From assembly GCA_964016885.1 (NCBI GenBank), contig OZ024741.1, positions 232,562,001 to 232,626,000 on the forward strand: a stretch of DNA of 64,000 nucleotides, in the 5' to 3' direction. The notes below the pieces were generated by a model. It had not been told where the DNA came from and did not search any database. It saw only the letters and a list, made by a program, of their open reading frames with translations. Of this stretch, positions 1 to 13,544 are shown piece by piece. Each line of letters begins with the position of its first letter. The stretch's first letter is position 1. Origin of the DNA: Eledone cirrhosa (lineage: Eukaryota). The position numbers were made by a program, and so were the translations under genes.

Positions 1-540
1 GAGGCCATAGTGAAGATCGACCCGCCGCCTCCTTTTTGCCAGGACGAGTTGGCAAATGTTCTCTGTCTGGTGGCAGTAGCGAAGGACCAGGTTGAAAGGA
101 TTGAAGACAGACACTTTTCTCTTCGGCAAATCTCTCATCAACTTTTTCAAGTTTCACTTGGAAAGGAAGGGGAGGGTGGAGAGAGAAGTGCTTCCCCCCA
201 GTACATTTGCTGAAAGGTGGGTGAATGTGGCGAGAATGGCCCGTGTAAGTGGGCCTACTCTGATCATGCGGCTGTAGGTGGGTAAATTTAACGAATAGAA
301 GGGTGCTCTTCCAGGGTGCTCTCGAAGCGTCGGGTCGTTCAGGATTGGTGGGGTACCTAACTCTGGGTAGTCATTCCCCCTATTGGGGAATTTTTCATTC
401 ATGTATTTTTTATGCTTATTGTTATTGTTTTGTTATTTTTTACTCAATGTTTATGTAAAACCACCACTGTTCTAGACTATTGTATTGTCCCTTATATGTC
501 GGCCATTGTGGCCAATAAATAAAATTATTATTATTATTAT
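1..540 (+). mobile_element. Tx1/L1-clade LINE 3' fragment (ORF2 C-terminus + 3' UTR)
   Basis: Encodes ...GLKTDTFLFGKSLINFFKFHLERK...FAERW, the same C-terminal block as copies at 814-1161 and 8254-8544. The 3' UTR has a cccc-tatt-gggg hairpin, aataaa and an (att)n tail. Confidence 0.75.
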
Positions 541-1400
541 AGAGGATTAGTGGAGGAGAAGAGCAACGACGTACTTGTGGAGACTCTGGGCGTCGACGAA
601 AATCAACTAGCCAATCTCTTCGGGAGAACTTTCGGGCCGGGGCCTATTGACAACTTCCCGAAATACCTGGCCTGGAAGTGCTACCGAGGAGCTTTGCCAG
701 TTTGGGATAAACTCCACAGGCATGGAAGTGCCGTCAGCCGGGCATCTCCGATATGCGCGCAGGGCAACGAAACCGTCCTGCACGCATCCGTCGAGTGACC
801 GAGCATTGCTGACTTGTGGGTTTATGTCGAACACCTGCTGTCGCGTATAGGATGGATCCGGCTATCAGCTGATGCCATCGTGAGGATTGCCCCGACCTCT
901 TACTTTAGCCGGGAAGGGCAGGCAATTTTTATCTGTCTGGTGGCCATGGCGAAAGAGATAGTGTGGTGGACGTGTTTGAAAGGGCTGAAGACGAGCACTT
1001 ACCTCTTCGGTGATGCCCTGATTAACTTTTTCAAATTTCATTTGAAAAGGGAAATCGGCGTAGAGAGGGAAGTACTCTCTTCCCAGCATTTTGTTGAAAG
1101 ATGGGTGAGAGAGGCAAGCATGGCCCGAGATAATGGGCCTACTCTGAGTATGCGCCCGTAAATTGAAGGTAGAAAACTGGAAGAGGGCACTTGCTCTGGT
1201 GTTCAGGGTCAGCGTGGCTTTTTTAATAGGCTTTCTCCACGAATGTCCGTCGGAAGTTTCCCCCTATTGAGGAATCTTTCATTGTTTCTTTTTTAAACAC
1301 AGAAATGCCCATTTGTACCGTCCTGTATTGTCCTTAATGTTTTACTTTGTGTCAACCCTTCTGGCTAATAAAGAAAGCATTATTATTATTATTATTATTG
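541..1400 (+). mobile_element. Tx1/L1-clade LINE 5'-truncated copy (zf-RVT / C-terminal region + 3' UTR)
   Basis: IDNFPKYLAWKCYRGALPV...CAQGNETVLHA is a zf-RVT-like block, interrupted by a stop. It is followed by a 3' UTR, aataaa and (att)n. Confidence 0.75.
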
Positions 1401-1499
1401 TTTTATTTAACAGTTTACCTCGTTTTCAACAGTTCTTAACCTTTTATTCAAGTTTTAAACTTGATAAAAGTTTAGAAGAAGTGACCCACATAATACAGG

Positions 1500-4400
1500 G
1501 GTTCACTCGTAAATAATACGGCACCCCTTTATGGGGTGTCGTATTATGTAAAAAATTATTTGAAAAAAAAAAATTTCTTTCAACATGGATAACACAAAAG
1601 AGAGAGAGCGCTGTCAGACATCACACTGATGGAGGGGGACTTTGTCAACATGTTAATAGACAGCGTTCTAGCGTATTTAAATGTAAAAGAAAATATTACG
1701 AAGGAAAAGAGGAACAATATAATTTTTAATGATATTGTTACAGGTTTAAAATTACCTAATATTAATAACACAAACAACACCAACAATAACACCAACAACA
1801 ACACCATCAATAACAACACCAACAACAAAAATAACAGCGATGAGGTCGAGAAAGACAATCGCAACTGCCACAACAGTAACAGCAGCAACAGTATCAACGA
1901 ACAACAACAATGACAGCAATAGCAGCAGCAACAGTACCAACGAAAACAACAATGACACCAACACTAGTAACAACGATCTTAGCACCAACAACAATACCAG
2001 TAGAAGCAATAGCGGCAGCAATAAAGGGTGCCGTTGAAAAAGGGGCCATTTCTTTTGCAGGTGTGGCCCGAAATATAGAAACAGTGCTTGCCACGGAGGA
2101 GGAGAGGCAGTAGCAAAGGCCATGGTGACGAGAAATGCCAATCGAGTCTCCCTAAAACGCCCACAAGATTTTTTCAAGAACCAACAGTTACGGACGGTGA
2201 TTTACCGCACTGTAAGCAAAATATCACATCGGGTGGAGAGAGCCACGGAGGCTCAAATCCAAAAGGCTTTGGGGTGCATCTGCGCGCGCAAAACCCACAT
2301 CACCCGAGTTAAAAAGCATGCCACAGTAGGCGAAGTCTCACTCATTGGTAACCTTAAAGTGTGAGGAGATAGTCTTCTGCGGGCAGAAAATTGTGAGGGC
2401 CAAAGTGACCCAGGTCCCGCCCGAAATGCCTTTATCTTAGTTAACCGCGTCTGTCCTTGCTGAAATCGAGGACAGAATGACCATGCTGCAAGTACAGAGA
2501 ATAGAAAGAGAGAACTGGTCAGGCACAGGCATGAAAATGCTAATACAAACTGACCAGGAGTGTATCGAGGCTATCCCGGATATCATAGACCTCGAGAAAG
2601 GACTCCAACTCCCTATAAGCATGGAAGAAAGGCGCCCAAAGTTCTATCTCTGTGGTTCAAAGGTTCACCTCATGGTCCTTTGCCCGCAGAAGACAGCGAA
2701 GAAGAAGGCCCCTCTTTCCGATACCCGGCCCGCTGCTACCAAGAGCATGGCAGGCAACAAATGCAGCAGACCCTCCCCAGTGGCGGCAACACCAGTAGCT
2801 ACATTTGCAGTAGCTGCACCAGCAAGAAAATCGCCGAAGAGGGCTCCACTACCACCACCAACAGCCGTGGAGTACATGCCCCTTCCAGACGCCACGGAAT
2901 CCGACATGGAGTGGGAGACGGGAGTGAAGTGGTAAACGGTCTGTCACAAGAAACAAAAAAAGGAAGAACCCCTTAGCTTCACCCTCCACAAGCGAAGGCA
3001 AACAAAGTGACTCGCAAGGTGACTCGCAGCAACGGCACCCCCTATCACCACGCCAAGCATCACCAACAACAACAACCACACCACCACCAGCATCACCACA
3101 AACACCAACATCGCGAACACAACAAGACAAACATGCCCAACAGCAGCAACAAGAAAACAGTAACAAAACAAAACCCCCACCAAAACATTACACAGCCATA
3201 AAGATGGCAAATAAAGAACTCTTAGAATATATAAAGCAGCACACAGACATTACAGACAAAAATTACTACAACCCACCAACACCAAGAACATTCCCGAAAA
3301 ATATAAACACTATTGAAATTAAAATAAAACAAGCATTTAAAAAAGAGATTCCCCAACGCAGTTGGAGACTTCTTAGCGTCGGTTACAAAGAGGATATACA
3401 CCGACATTGTCTTGGAGACACACATGACCAGCCAAAGGGACGGTTCAATTGTCCCTTTCCCACACGATCAGGGTAGGTGATCCATTCTCACTTACTCCAT
3501 TCCTCACCCAACATGGCCTTACTTAGAATAGGCTATATAAATTACGTGCCCTGGGATCATCCTAGAACTAGAGCCACCTGCTTAACAATCTCAGGTCACT
3601 AAACATAGATTTGGTGGCCATCAGCAAGACCAAAATGTCCGAAGCACGTGACTTCGCAGCGATCTCCCAGCCGTTCGGGAACGGAGGGTGGAGGTGCTGT
3701 GCTTTTTCGAAAATGCTTGAATCTCGCCATATGGGCCACCTTCCTGGATTCAGAAGGTAAGTCGGTGATACTGGACGTGACAGGCAGCGAAGGCAATGCT
3801 TTCAGGCTAGTAGCCATCTACGCCCCAACAGGGGCGGGACGGCCAGATTTCTTCAGATGTCTACAGACCTTTCTTGGAACGTCCCGCTGATGAATGTTAA
3901 TGGGCGACTGGAACGGAATTTTAAATGCAGGCGGGGATTATGTGGGGCTAGTAGACAGGGGAGGAAGGTATAAAAGCCTCAACAATCTGCTCAGACGTTT
4001 TCAACTGTCTGTCAGGTATCGACTGGATTATCCGAATGTGCCAATGTGGACATGGGGAAAGCGCATCGGGTCATCCAGATCGTATTTAGATAGAGTATTC
4101 TGTAGCGAAACAGATAAGGCTAGTGTAGGTTGTCCACAATTTAAAGTAGTCGCCTACACGGTCCACGAATTTGTGATCTGTGAAGTCAACTTAGGCAAGG
4201 ACCCGATTACTGGAAGCTCAACGCATCGTTCCCGGCGCGCAAAGCTTACAGAGACCGGATAAGCAAATTAGTCAAGCGCGCGTTGACGGGTGCGATCGTT
4301 AACAACAAGTGGGGGTCCAACCTGAAAAAGGCATTTAGAGTAGAATCGATAACGTTTAACACATGTCTAGCGATAGAGGAAAATAGAGTAGAGGAAGAAC

Positions 4401-5960
4401 TAGTTAGAAAGCTAGAAGAGGCGTTTAGGACAGGCGTAGTAACCGACGTGCTTGCGGCCAGAATAGTACTCGACTAATTCTTCAACGCAAAGCATGAAGG
4501 CTGCTCAGAACTAGAGCATGTGCTCTGAGACACGAGGGGACAAAATCCGTCTAATGGGCCCGGGTGGTGGAGGCGTGACGCGGCAACAAAGCCACAATTC
4601 GGTTTTTGCCTGACGAAAACGAGCGTATGCTACTCGAACACAAGATGATGTGTGAGGCTTTTCGGCAGCATTTCCTGAACTGTTCGAGAGCAGCGGCGGG
4701 CCGGATCGGAATATGGACTTCGGTGCATACTTCGACGGACTGCAGCTATTCTCGGCCACTGAGTCGGTTTATTGTGAAAAACTGATAACAGCCGCTGAAG
4801 TCCGGGAGGTAATGACTCGCTGCACAATGGGTAAATCGCCTGGTTTGGATGGTCTTCTCCACGAGCCTTTCGTACACATACCAGAATTGTTTGGCGATAT
4901 CTTGGCGTACGTCAACTGTAAATGGTGGCACAATTGGAGCATTCCCAGCTTTGTGATCTGAGGAGCGGTGGTGCTGCTGAGAAAAGACCCGAACAGGGGT
5001 ACAACATAGATAATTTCAGGCCCATAATACTCCTAGACAAAGAGTTCAAGATTTTGGCCAAGATGCTAGCAATGACTGAGAGTTAGTTAGAAACCTAGAA
5101 GAGGCATTTAGGACAGACATCACAGCCGATGTGCTTGCAGCGAGATTGACACTCCAATTCTTCAACACAAATTATGAAGGCGACGTTGTCAGAGCCAGAG
5201 CCTGTGCTCTGAGACACCAGGGGACGAAAGCCGTCCAATCGGCGCAGGTGGCTGAAGCGCGTCGTGGCAACAAATCCACAATTCGGTTTTTGCCTGGCCA
5301 AAATGGGTGCATGTAGCTCGAACACAAGCAAATGTGTGAGTCTGTTCAGCAGCACTTTACTAAAATGTTAGGAAGTAGCGGTGGGCCAGAACGGAGTATG
5401 GACTTCGATGCATACCTCGATGGACTGCCGCGGTTCTCGATGACAAAACCGCGGTGCTGCTAAAAGCTGATAACAGCAGGTGAAATACGGAAAGCAATGT
5501 TTGAATGCACGCGAGGCAAATCGCCAGTTTGGATGGTCTGCCCTACGAGCTTTATGCATATATGCCAGACTTTTTCGGCGACCTCTTGGCAGATGTCTAC
5601 TGCAACTGGCAGCAGAACGGGAGCATCCCCAGTTTTGTGAGCCAGGGAGCAGTGGCGCTATTGAGAAAAGACCCGAACAAGGGGCGTTATAGACAACTTC
5701 AGGCTCATAACTCTATTAAACGCTGAGTTCAAGGTTTTGGCCAAGGTGTTAGCAAAGAGATTGGCGCTTGTCGTTGGTGATCTGGTGGAAGAGGCGCAGA
5801 CATGTGCCATTCCGGACATATCCATCCACAACCTCCACCTCATGTGTTACATCATAGAGAGGGTGCTTAAGGAACCTGGCACGGGTGGCGCCCTGATCAA
5901 CTTCGATCAATCTAAAGCATTTAATAGGTTCGACCATCGGTACCTGGCTGCGGTCTTCGA
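1500..5960 (+). mobile_element. Degraded Tx1-like LINE: ORF1 (low-complexity, remnant zinc knuckle) + ORF2 APE endonuclease and RT N-half, with a duplicated segment from about 5076
   Basis: APE motifs FRLVAIYAP, LMGDWN and SRSYLDR. RT motifs GKSPGLDGL, KVLAKRL, EAQTCAIP and FDQSKAFNRFDH. Remnant knuckle LCGSKVHLMVLCP. Many stops and frameshifts. 5076-5750 is a diverged second copy of about 4400-5070. Confidence 0.8.
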
Positions 5961-6235
5961 GTGGATGAACTTGTCCTGGTGGTTAGGGTGGCCGTGGTCT
6001 CTGTGTGGTTTTCGTCACGAGTGACGCTCGGTGGTTTCCACCATATTGGGGAATTTTTGTTGTTTGAATTATATATTTATTTATTTTTAATTTGTTTCTA
6101 TGTTTTGTTTTTTTTGTTATAATCTTTTTTTACACGAGCAAAACCCATTTGTATCGTCCTGTACCGTTCTGTGCCATCCGTAATGTTTTTCTTCGTGCTA
6201 GCCCTTGTGCCAATAAAGAAACCATCATTATTATT
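5961..6235 (+). mobile_element. Short Tx1-like 3' UTR copy inserted within the RT
   Basis: Similar to 8575-8820 (ttgtatcgtcctgtaccgttctgtgcc...caataaa) and ends in an (att) tail. Confidence 0.65.
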
Positions 6236-6369
6236 TATTTATTTCATTTATCTTGCTTTATGTTCATACGAATTATCGCCAAGTCACAACCAGTGACCTC
6301 AAGAGACAACAAGGTCCACCAGGTTCAAGAAAGAACACATATCTTTAGGTGTTTAGACGTGATGTGATG

Positions 6370-6920
6370 TATTACTATTGACAGAATCTTCCTTAGTATA
6401 TGGGCAGTTCCCATTAATACTATCTTTTGTATTTTTTCTATATGCGGGTTTCCTGGGATTTGGGATAAATAATCATTAGACCCTTTAGGTATCATTCCTA
6501 GAGCACCTAGGTATTGTTTTAGATCTCAACGTCTACATTTTTCCAATCTCTATCTCCAGGTCTTTATACTTACTCAAATCTTTAAAATATTTTTATAGAT
6601 ACATTCTTGTCTATAGGAATGGACATGTCAATTAGCAGGTATACTCTCTTCTTAAAGTCCTTGAGTATTATATCAAGTCTATTTGTATCTACTTTTCGGT
6701 CTGTTTGGATGTTAAAGTTCCACAAAATTGAAATGTGACCTCTTTCAAATAGGGGGGGGGGGGGTTGATGCTCCCACCAATTTGTTTGATGGGGCAAGTC
6801 AAAATGCTTTCACATTACCCAATGTATGTACTGTGCAGCTCTGTCGTGCCAGTTTAGTTATTCGGTTGGAGCTACAGGGCTGCAAATTCAAATTATATGA
6901 TCAATGGTCTCTGGTTGTTT
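6370..6920 (-). mobile_element. 3' fragment of a restriction-like-endonuclease (REL) non-LTR retrotransposon (R4/NeSL/Hero-like)
   Basis: Minus-strand peptides HDRAAQYIHW, WWEHQP, ILWNFNIQTDRKVDTNRLDIILKD, LLIDMSIP and IQKIVLMGTAHILRKIL are typical of the REL (PD-D) domain. Confidence 0.7.
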
Positions 6921-6931
6921 TTTTACTTCTA

Positions 6932-8815
6932 CGAGACGGTCGGTTTCGAGCCCATTTTCAGGGGTTGGATCGCTGCGATGCACAGCGACATCTGCTCAGT
7001 TGTGAAGGTGAACGGTCATCCGTCACAGCAGTTCAACATCATGCGCTCGGTCCGCCAGGGTTGTCCCCTCTCGTCGCTTTTGTACATATTGTCTCTAGAG
7101 ACGTTACTGCACAAATTGGAGGCGATGAGAGGCGTCCCACGCAAACTGGGATGTGGGAGATCCGTATCGCTTACGCCGACGACATCACGGTGTCAAGCAC
7201 CGGGCATATCCAGATGCTCAGCACTGTTCTCAAGGAATATGAAGCAGTGACAAGAGCAAAGTTAGACCAAGAAACGTCGTTGGGCTTGCAGTTCGGCACC
7301 TGGAGAGGCAGGCCCATGCCGCCCGACAGCGTCGTGGGGCGCTGGATGGAAGGACAGGTTAAATTGCTTGGGGTCTGGTTCGGTCCGGACCTCCAGATGG
7401 AGAAAAACTGGAGCGAGGTGATGAACAGGGTGGCATCTCTCACCCAGAAATGGGTCGAGAGGAAGCAGTCCCTGAAAGGTAGGGCAGAGGTTGCGAATGC
7501 GTTCATCGCATCTGTCATCTGATACCGCCTAACCGTTGTGTCTTGCCCCGGCCCAACTCTGACAAAAATGGAACGCCTCCTCTTCCGCTTTTTATGGAAG
7601 GGACGTGCTCCCGTGGTCAGACGATTCATCTGCTGTCAACCACCGTTGTGTGGAGGACCAGTTGCGTGGCTGATGATGCACAAACACGCGCTGAGGCTGC
7701 GACAACTGGTGCTTCCTTGACGGTGAACAGGTGTGGTCACCGTTTGCCAGACGTCTTTTTCCCCAACTCGTTTCATTAAGAGAGCTGCAGTCCTGGATCA
7801 GAAAGAGATCGAGTAAGAGCTCTTGGAAGCTGCAATGTCTCCAAGCGCTCACAGCCTTCTACAAGCTGGGCACTAGTATTGGTAGAACATCTACCTCGGC
7901 GTTTTATAGAGGACTAGTGGACGGGAAGAGTGACGTAGTTGTTGGGGAAACCCTGTGCGTCGAAGATGATCAGCTGTCCGCTCTCTTCAAGCGAACTTTC
8001 AGCCCGGGGCCTATTGACAACTTCCAGAAATCCCTGGCCTGGCAGTGCTACCGGGGAACGTTGCTGGTTCGGAAGTACCGTTAGTTGAACCTGTCCGGGA
8101 TGCGCCCAGGGCGAGGTAACCGTTGTGCATGCACTCGTTCAGTGTCCGAGCAGTGTTGACTTGTGGAGCTATGTCGAATATTTGCTGTCACGTGCTGGAC
8201 TGATCCGGTTATCCACCGAGTCCATTAGATGAAGAAAGGCAGGCAGTTTTCATATGCCTGGTGGCCATGGCGAAAGAGATTGTGTGGTGGACAAGGTTAA
8301 ATGGGTTAAAGACAGACACTTTCCTCTTCCTGGCGAAAGAGATGCCTGGTGGACGGGGTTGAAAGTATTGAAGACGGACACTTTCCTATTCGACGAATCC
8401 CTGATTAACTTTTTCAAATTTCACTTGAAGAGGAAAATCAGGATGGAGAGGCAAGTGCTATCTTCTAGTAAGTTTGTTAAACGATGGGTGACAGTGGCGA
8501 GTCTGGTTCGAGTGAACGGGCCCGTTCTGAATATGCGCCTGTAGACTGAGGAGTGGGAGAACTGAAAGAGGGTGCTTGCTCTGGTGGTCAGGGTGGCCGT
8601 AGTCTTTTGTGTGGTTTTCATCAAGAGTGGCCCTCGGAGGTTTCCCCCTTTTGGGGGAATTTTTCTCGTTTTAAATGTTTTGATTTGTTTTTACACATTT
8701 CTATCTTCTTATAACCTTTTTACGCGGCCAAAACCCACTTTGTATCGTCCTGTACCGTTCTGTGCCGTCTGTAATGTTTTTCTTCATGTAAGCCCTTATG
8801 GCCAATAAATAAACC

Positions 8816-8842
<27 letters not shown>
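6932..8842 (+). mobile_element. Tx1-like LINE RT C-half, zf-RVT and 3' UTR (continuation of the RT broken at 5960)
   Basis: RSVRQGCPLSSLLYILSLE, AYADD, VKLLGVWF and SLKGRAEV motifs, frameshifted. Ends with aataaa and (att)n. Confidence 0.85.
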
Positions 8843-8844
<2 letters not shown>

Positions 8845-8846
<2 letters not shown>

Positions 8847-8992
8847 CTTTCCAGCATAGTTACGTCCCTTTACGATCTGAGTTCAAATTCCACCGAGGTT
8901 GACTTTGCCTTTCATCCTTACGGGGTCGATAAAATAAAGTACCAGTAATGCACTGGGTAATTGCTGGCCTTGTGCCTAAAGTAGAAACAATT
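8845..8992 (+). mobile_element. tRNA-derived SINE (octopus-type), 5'-truncated
   Basis: B-box-like gagttcaaattcc and body gaggttgactttgcctttcatcc...gtcgataaaataaagtaccagt...gcctaaagtagaaacaatt, repeated in several copies in this window. Confidence 0.75.
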
Positions 8993-9004
8993 ATTATTAT
9001 TATT

Positions 9005-9014
9005 AGTAGTAGTG

Positions 9015-9068
<54 letters not shown>
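9005..9068. repeat. (AGT)n microsatellite
   Basis: Read directly. Confidence 0.95.
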
Positions 9069-9958
9069 ACAGCAGCAACAAGAGCAGCTGTAGTTGCTAT
9101 TTTTGTTGTTGTAGCACATGTAGAGACGTGGAACCTCTATCTGCTGCCTAATTAGAGGGCACGGGATGCCATTGTTTACGATGCAGAATTAATTATGTAT
9201 TGGGGCTGTAGAAATTACTAGCGAGTTAGCAGGTGTGATAATCGTGAGACAGGTGCGTTTTTCTATGTCACGTATCTTATAAAGAGCTTAATCTATAGAT
9301 CAACTGGAGACCAGATTGATGCACACAGTTGTATAACAGCTGAGTAATATGTTCCTTCGGTCTTAATCTTTGTATTCTATGGAGTGTTAGCTGTATGCTA
9401 ATCTGAAGCATTTTCGATTCAAAGTGTCTCTGCCTTTGCAGTACTACTATATAGAACCAATGAGCTTACGTTTGGAACGATACAGTGTATCATCAAGATT
9501 ATTGTAAGCATCACCATATATATATGTGTGTCTGCGTGCGCGTGTGTGCGTGTGTGTGTGTGTGTCTGTGTGTGTATGTGTGTGTTATGTAGAGATGAGT
9601 TCTACATTAACAGACCTGTTTGATTCGTATGGAATTATCCGGAAGGTATGCACTTTCCTGGTGATTTCATAGGAACCAAGACTTCTATTCCTGAAGAAAC
9701 CATTTCTATATGAAATACAGATGCATATACTCTACTGACGTTTGAATAACTTCCCGATAGTCATTATATATGTATATAGATATACGAAATTCACATTCAT
9801 GTATGTATACAACAATACTGAAGCTATATTTGAAATCTACGTTTAAGTTGAGCCAAATTATGCAGTTTCATATGCAAATGAGACTAATAAGCCACACGAC
9901 ACAGACGAAAATATTATATATTTTCATGTTTCATGTTCTAGCAGAAAGCAAGTGAAGC

Positions 9959-10000
9959 ACTGTCCTGATAAGTGCCAGAAGCTCGAAATGCATAGTCAGT
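9959..10000 (+). ncRNA. Degenerate minimal type-I hammerhead ribozyme (orphan)
   Basis: actgtc CTGATAA gtgc-cagaa-gctc GAAA tgca TA gtcagt. G8 is changed to A and stems I and II each have one mismatch. Confidence 0.4.
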
Positions 10001-12299
10001 CATCCTCCGCTGCTTCTGCTGGAATCCACTAGACGATGCTGGCCGTCAGCCTTTCGTTTCGTAGCTAGGCTTTCAAAATGCTTATTTATTAAACATACCG
10101 TATATCAAATATACTATACATACATTTATGTATACACCGCTATTTCAGAGCACCATTACTATTACCTAATCTTGGCTGGACCGGAAACCGCTCTGTTTAA
10201 TAAGCTCTTAAACATTACTGGAATTCAATAAGAATCCAGCTTCTATAATTCTCGGCATAAAGAAAGGGATGAGTAGTCTTGATAACCGTTAACGAATGAG
10301 AAATAGCACTGTCGATTACTCCCCTTTGTTTTTACCGAGAATAAGTAAGTGGTATAGTCACTATTTTAAAATTCATAGCGAATGGTCTTCAAAATGTTTT
10401 TAATTAAACATAGAGTATATTATCAAATAAACTATACATCGCTATTTCAGAGCACCAATACTAATATATGTATATAAGAAAGATTAAGAAAATTAACATA
10501 ATTTGCAACGAATGAGAATAACAGCTGACACAAATATTTTATCAGCTATCACCTGAATATCCCTGAAATTTCAGAATCTAAACAAAAAAATCGATAACTA
10601 GTGGTACCATTAGCTATAACACATCTACCAGATAAAGAACGACTTATTAAAATACGATAAATACAAATCAAATTCGGTAGTATTGAGATATGTTGACTGA
10701 AATTAAACAAAACAAAATAAAACACAATATGTGGGCATTACTCTTAGGAAAAAAACACAAATGTAAGGAACAGTGAGATTGTCATCAAACATCGATGAGG
10801 TTTACTCATTCGGTACTGAGACAAAAATAAACTATAGCTTACATAAATTTGTGAGTATAAAGAATATACTGAAGACGCTCATTTGCGTATATTTTTTATC
10901 TATATACAACTAAGAGACCTTGTTATGTATGAGATGACACAGATTTTCCTGAACACATTCCAAGTGAAAATTTGAAAGCTGACATCGAACGTCCAGGCGT
11001 AATTTCATAAACCTTTAAAGAAAAAGGGGAATAACAAAAAAGAGTATTAACAGAGAACAAGGGAAGTCGATCTACCTTACTTCCTCGTAAACCTAAACAT
11101 GCTTGGAGTATGTGTAATCCTAAATTATATACAATTCAAAAACAAAAACAAAATGAGACTGTGGCAGTCATATGTAAATACAAGTTAGAAGCCGGGTGAC
11201 TTGCTATAGTAACAAATCCTTCTAAAGGTATCTTTATAATTGGGAGATAGAATCATCAAAATTCGCATTGGCCATGTAGCACACCATGAGCACTATGCCA
11301 GATTAAAAACAGTGCTAAAGGCGTATGGGACGGTGTTTGGTATGAAATCATCTCCCCGGGATAATAAAAGCGACATGACTTTCGAGTTCAATGGTCAAAC
11401 TGGAAAAAGTTAGCCGCATATCAGATCACTTCCGTTCGAGAACTCTGGGCAAATGAGGGTGGTTGTCTTGGGCAGAATATCAAAGTGCTGCGAATGCGGA
11501 ATATAAAACAAATTAAGGCTTGTTTTTTCATGTAAATGAGGTAGCTGAAGCATTAAGCCGCTGTGAGATGGACAAATCTGATCTCGTTGGCTTGCCCACC
11601 GCCCTCTACTTTCAAATGCCAGGAATATTTGCTATTGGGACTCGTCTAATGAGGCTGGTAGTAAACTAGTAGCATTCCCAGTCGTGTAAGCCGTGAATGG
11701 CGGGTTTGCATAGAAAGCATCTGAGCAAAGGAGACACGGTGAAAAATGTCTCGCCCATAACACTACTATTCCCAGAAATAAATATCTCAGCAATGGTGGC
11801 TGTCAAAAGGTTGTCGCATGTCGCAGACGTGGGATATACCTGGAAGATTTCCACACAAACAATTCAACTTCATGTTTTAGATTTTGCTTCGACCGGATAC
11901 TGGTATATCTAAGTAATCCATTGTGTTATGGGCAGCCGAATTCGGTAATGATTTCCAAGGTTTGAAAGCCAGAATATACAACCGCATTTGTTCAGTGGTC
12001 AAATCACCAGGTCACATATCAGAATCGTTCAACACCGCACACCCGATCCGTGAGGAATGTCATTAATTTAGTCTCATTTATGTGTTAGCCGTTAGACATT
12101 TATTGAGGAAAATTGAAACGCTAAAAGGCATCCTATACGAACTCGGCTACAGGACAAACATTAAAACCTATGTCAATGATTTGACCCGCATTGTATCGGA
12201 CATGTTCCATGTGGAGGTGTTAGATGATATACTGGATAAATGCTAAAATATGCCAGGTGCGTGCATCAGTCAATTTCCATCGCTGGGTTGCAACTCGTC

Positions 12300-12830
12300 T
12301 CCTGCAAGAGCGCGATCAGGTGGCTTAACAGCAATTTTTCTCACTGAACGGAGAGCGTAGTTAAGTTACACGAGATGTTATTTAGACCAGATCACCATGT
12401 GAAAACGAACTGGGAGGAGGTGGTGATCAGCTTGGCCAGTTTCACTCATAAATGGGCTGGGAGAAATCTGTGTTTGAATGGTTGGGTTAAAGCCGAAAAC
12501 GTCTAGATTTCCTAAATGGTGTTCTATCTCCTGAACGGCGTGCCTTGTCCCAAAAAATATTTGACCAGTTTTGTGCATATAGTTTTACGTTTCTAGTGGA
12601 AGGAACAAGTTCCGATGGTCAACGACTCCATCTGCCGCAGAATATCTGGTTTGGAATGTCTGAACAACAGAAATTGCACTATGCCAAGAAGGAAGGATAT
12701 TAGTACAGTGACTCAGGGATGTAACTTTACACCGTGGAAAGAAAACCATGAATCTTTTTCTCATGTCTTTCAGCAGTACTTTGCTAGAATGTATAGTTTC
12801 AGCGTCATTCATCAGTAATGATGTTGGATT
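12300..12830 (-). mobile_element. Highly decayed LINE RT remnant (CR1/Jockey-like?)
   Basis: Weak peptide similarity only: MVFFPRCKV, EIEHHLG, VRFHMVIWS. Confidence 0.25.
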
Positions 12831-13079
12831 TCAGGGCCTACCTCGACGACTTACTATGAGTCTAGGTTAAAGAATCAACTAAGTGCGACGTGCCGATAAT
12901 AGTCATTGAGCTACAGGAGTATAATAATCGGATACATGTGGCGCAATTCAATTGGTTTGGATGGGCTACTCTATTAATTTTACGACTGTACACAGACTCC
13001 TTTGGCCGTGTTTTGGCGGATATCTACCGCAATTTCTTCTTCTTTATCCATTTATTTCTGAGATATTCGAGGGCGCAAA

Positions 13080-13410
13080 TTCGTCAAACACTCCTACAAG
13101 CGGGTCCAGTCAGAAGCAACCGTCTACAATTGATCCGGCTGGATCCCCAAGTGAGACTAGCGAAACTCATGCATATCATCCACAGATCTTTATCTGAGTC
13201 TACCCCTGGGGCTCCTGAATTTGCCCTTAAAATCTGTCCAGCGATTCTTTCCTGAGGCATTCTAACCAGATGCCCATAGTATCTGAGATGTGATCCTTCA
13301 ATTAGGAGAAGTAGCGGCTCTACCTGGAGTGACACTCAAATCTCCGAGCTACGCACTCTATCGAGTAAGGTTACTCCAAAGACCATTCAGACGGACCCCA
13401 TGTATTCTCA
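13080..13410 (-). mobile_element. RTE-clade LINE 3' fragment
   Basis: VTLLDRVRSSEI...LQVEPLLLLIEGSHLRYYGHLVRMPQERIAGQIL matches the RTE C-terminal LRWxGHxxRM motif. Confidence 0.7.
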
Positions 13411-13544
13411 CGAGTTGGAGAGAATAGTTTGCTGATCTCCTAAACGTGATACAACAGCATATTCTGTTGTACATGAGGTGCAGCTGGGAGCGGTGACTAA
13501 CGAGTGTCATTCGTTAAAAGGACCACATGCTACCATCATACTCA

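Noticed and set aside
9442-9655. Two possible small exons with plausible splice signals
   Set aside because: No recognisable peptide and no way to link them to the gene.
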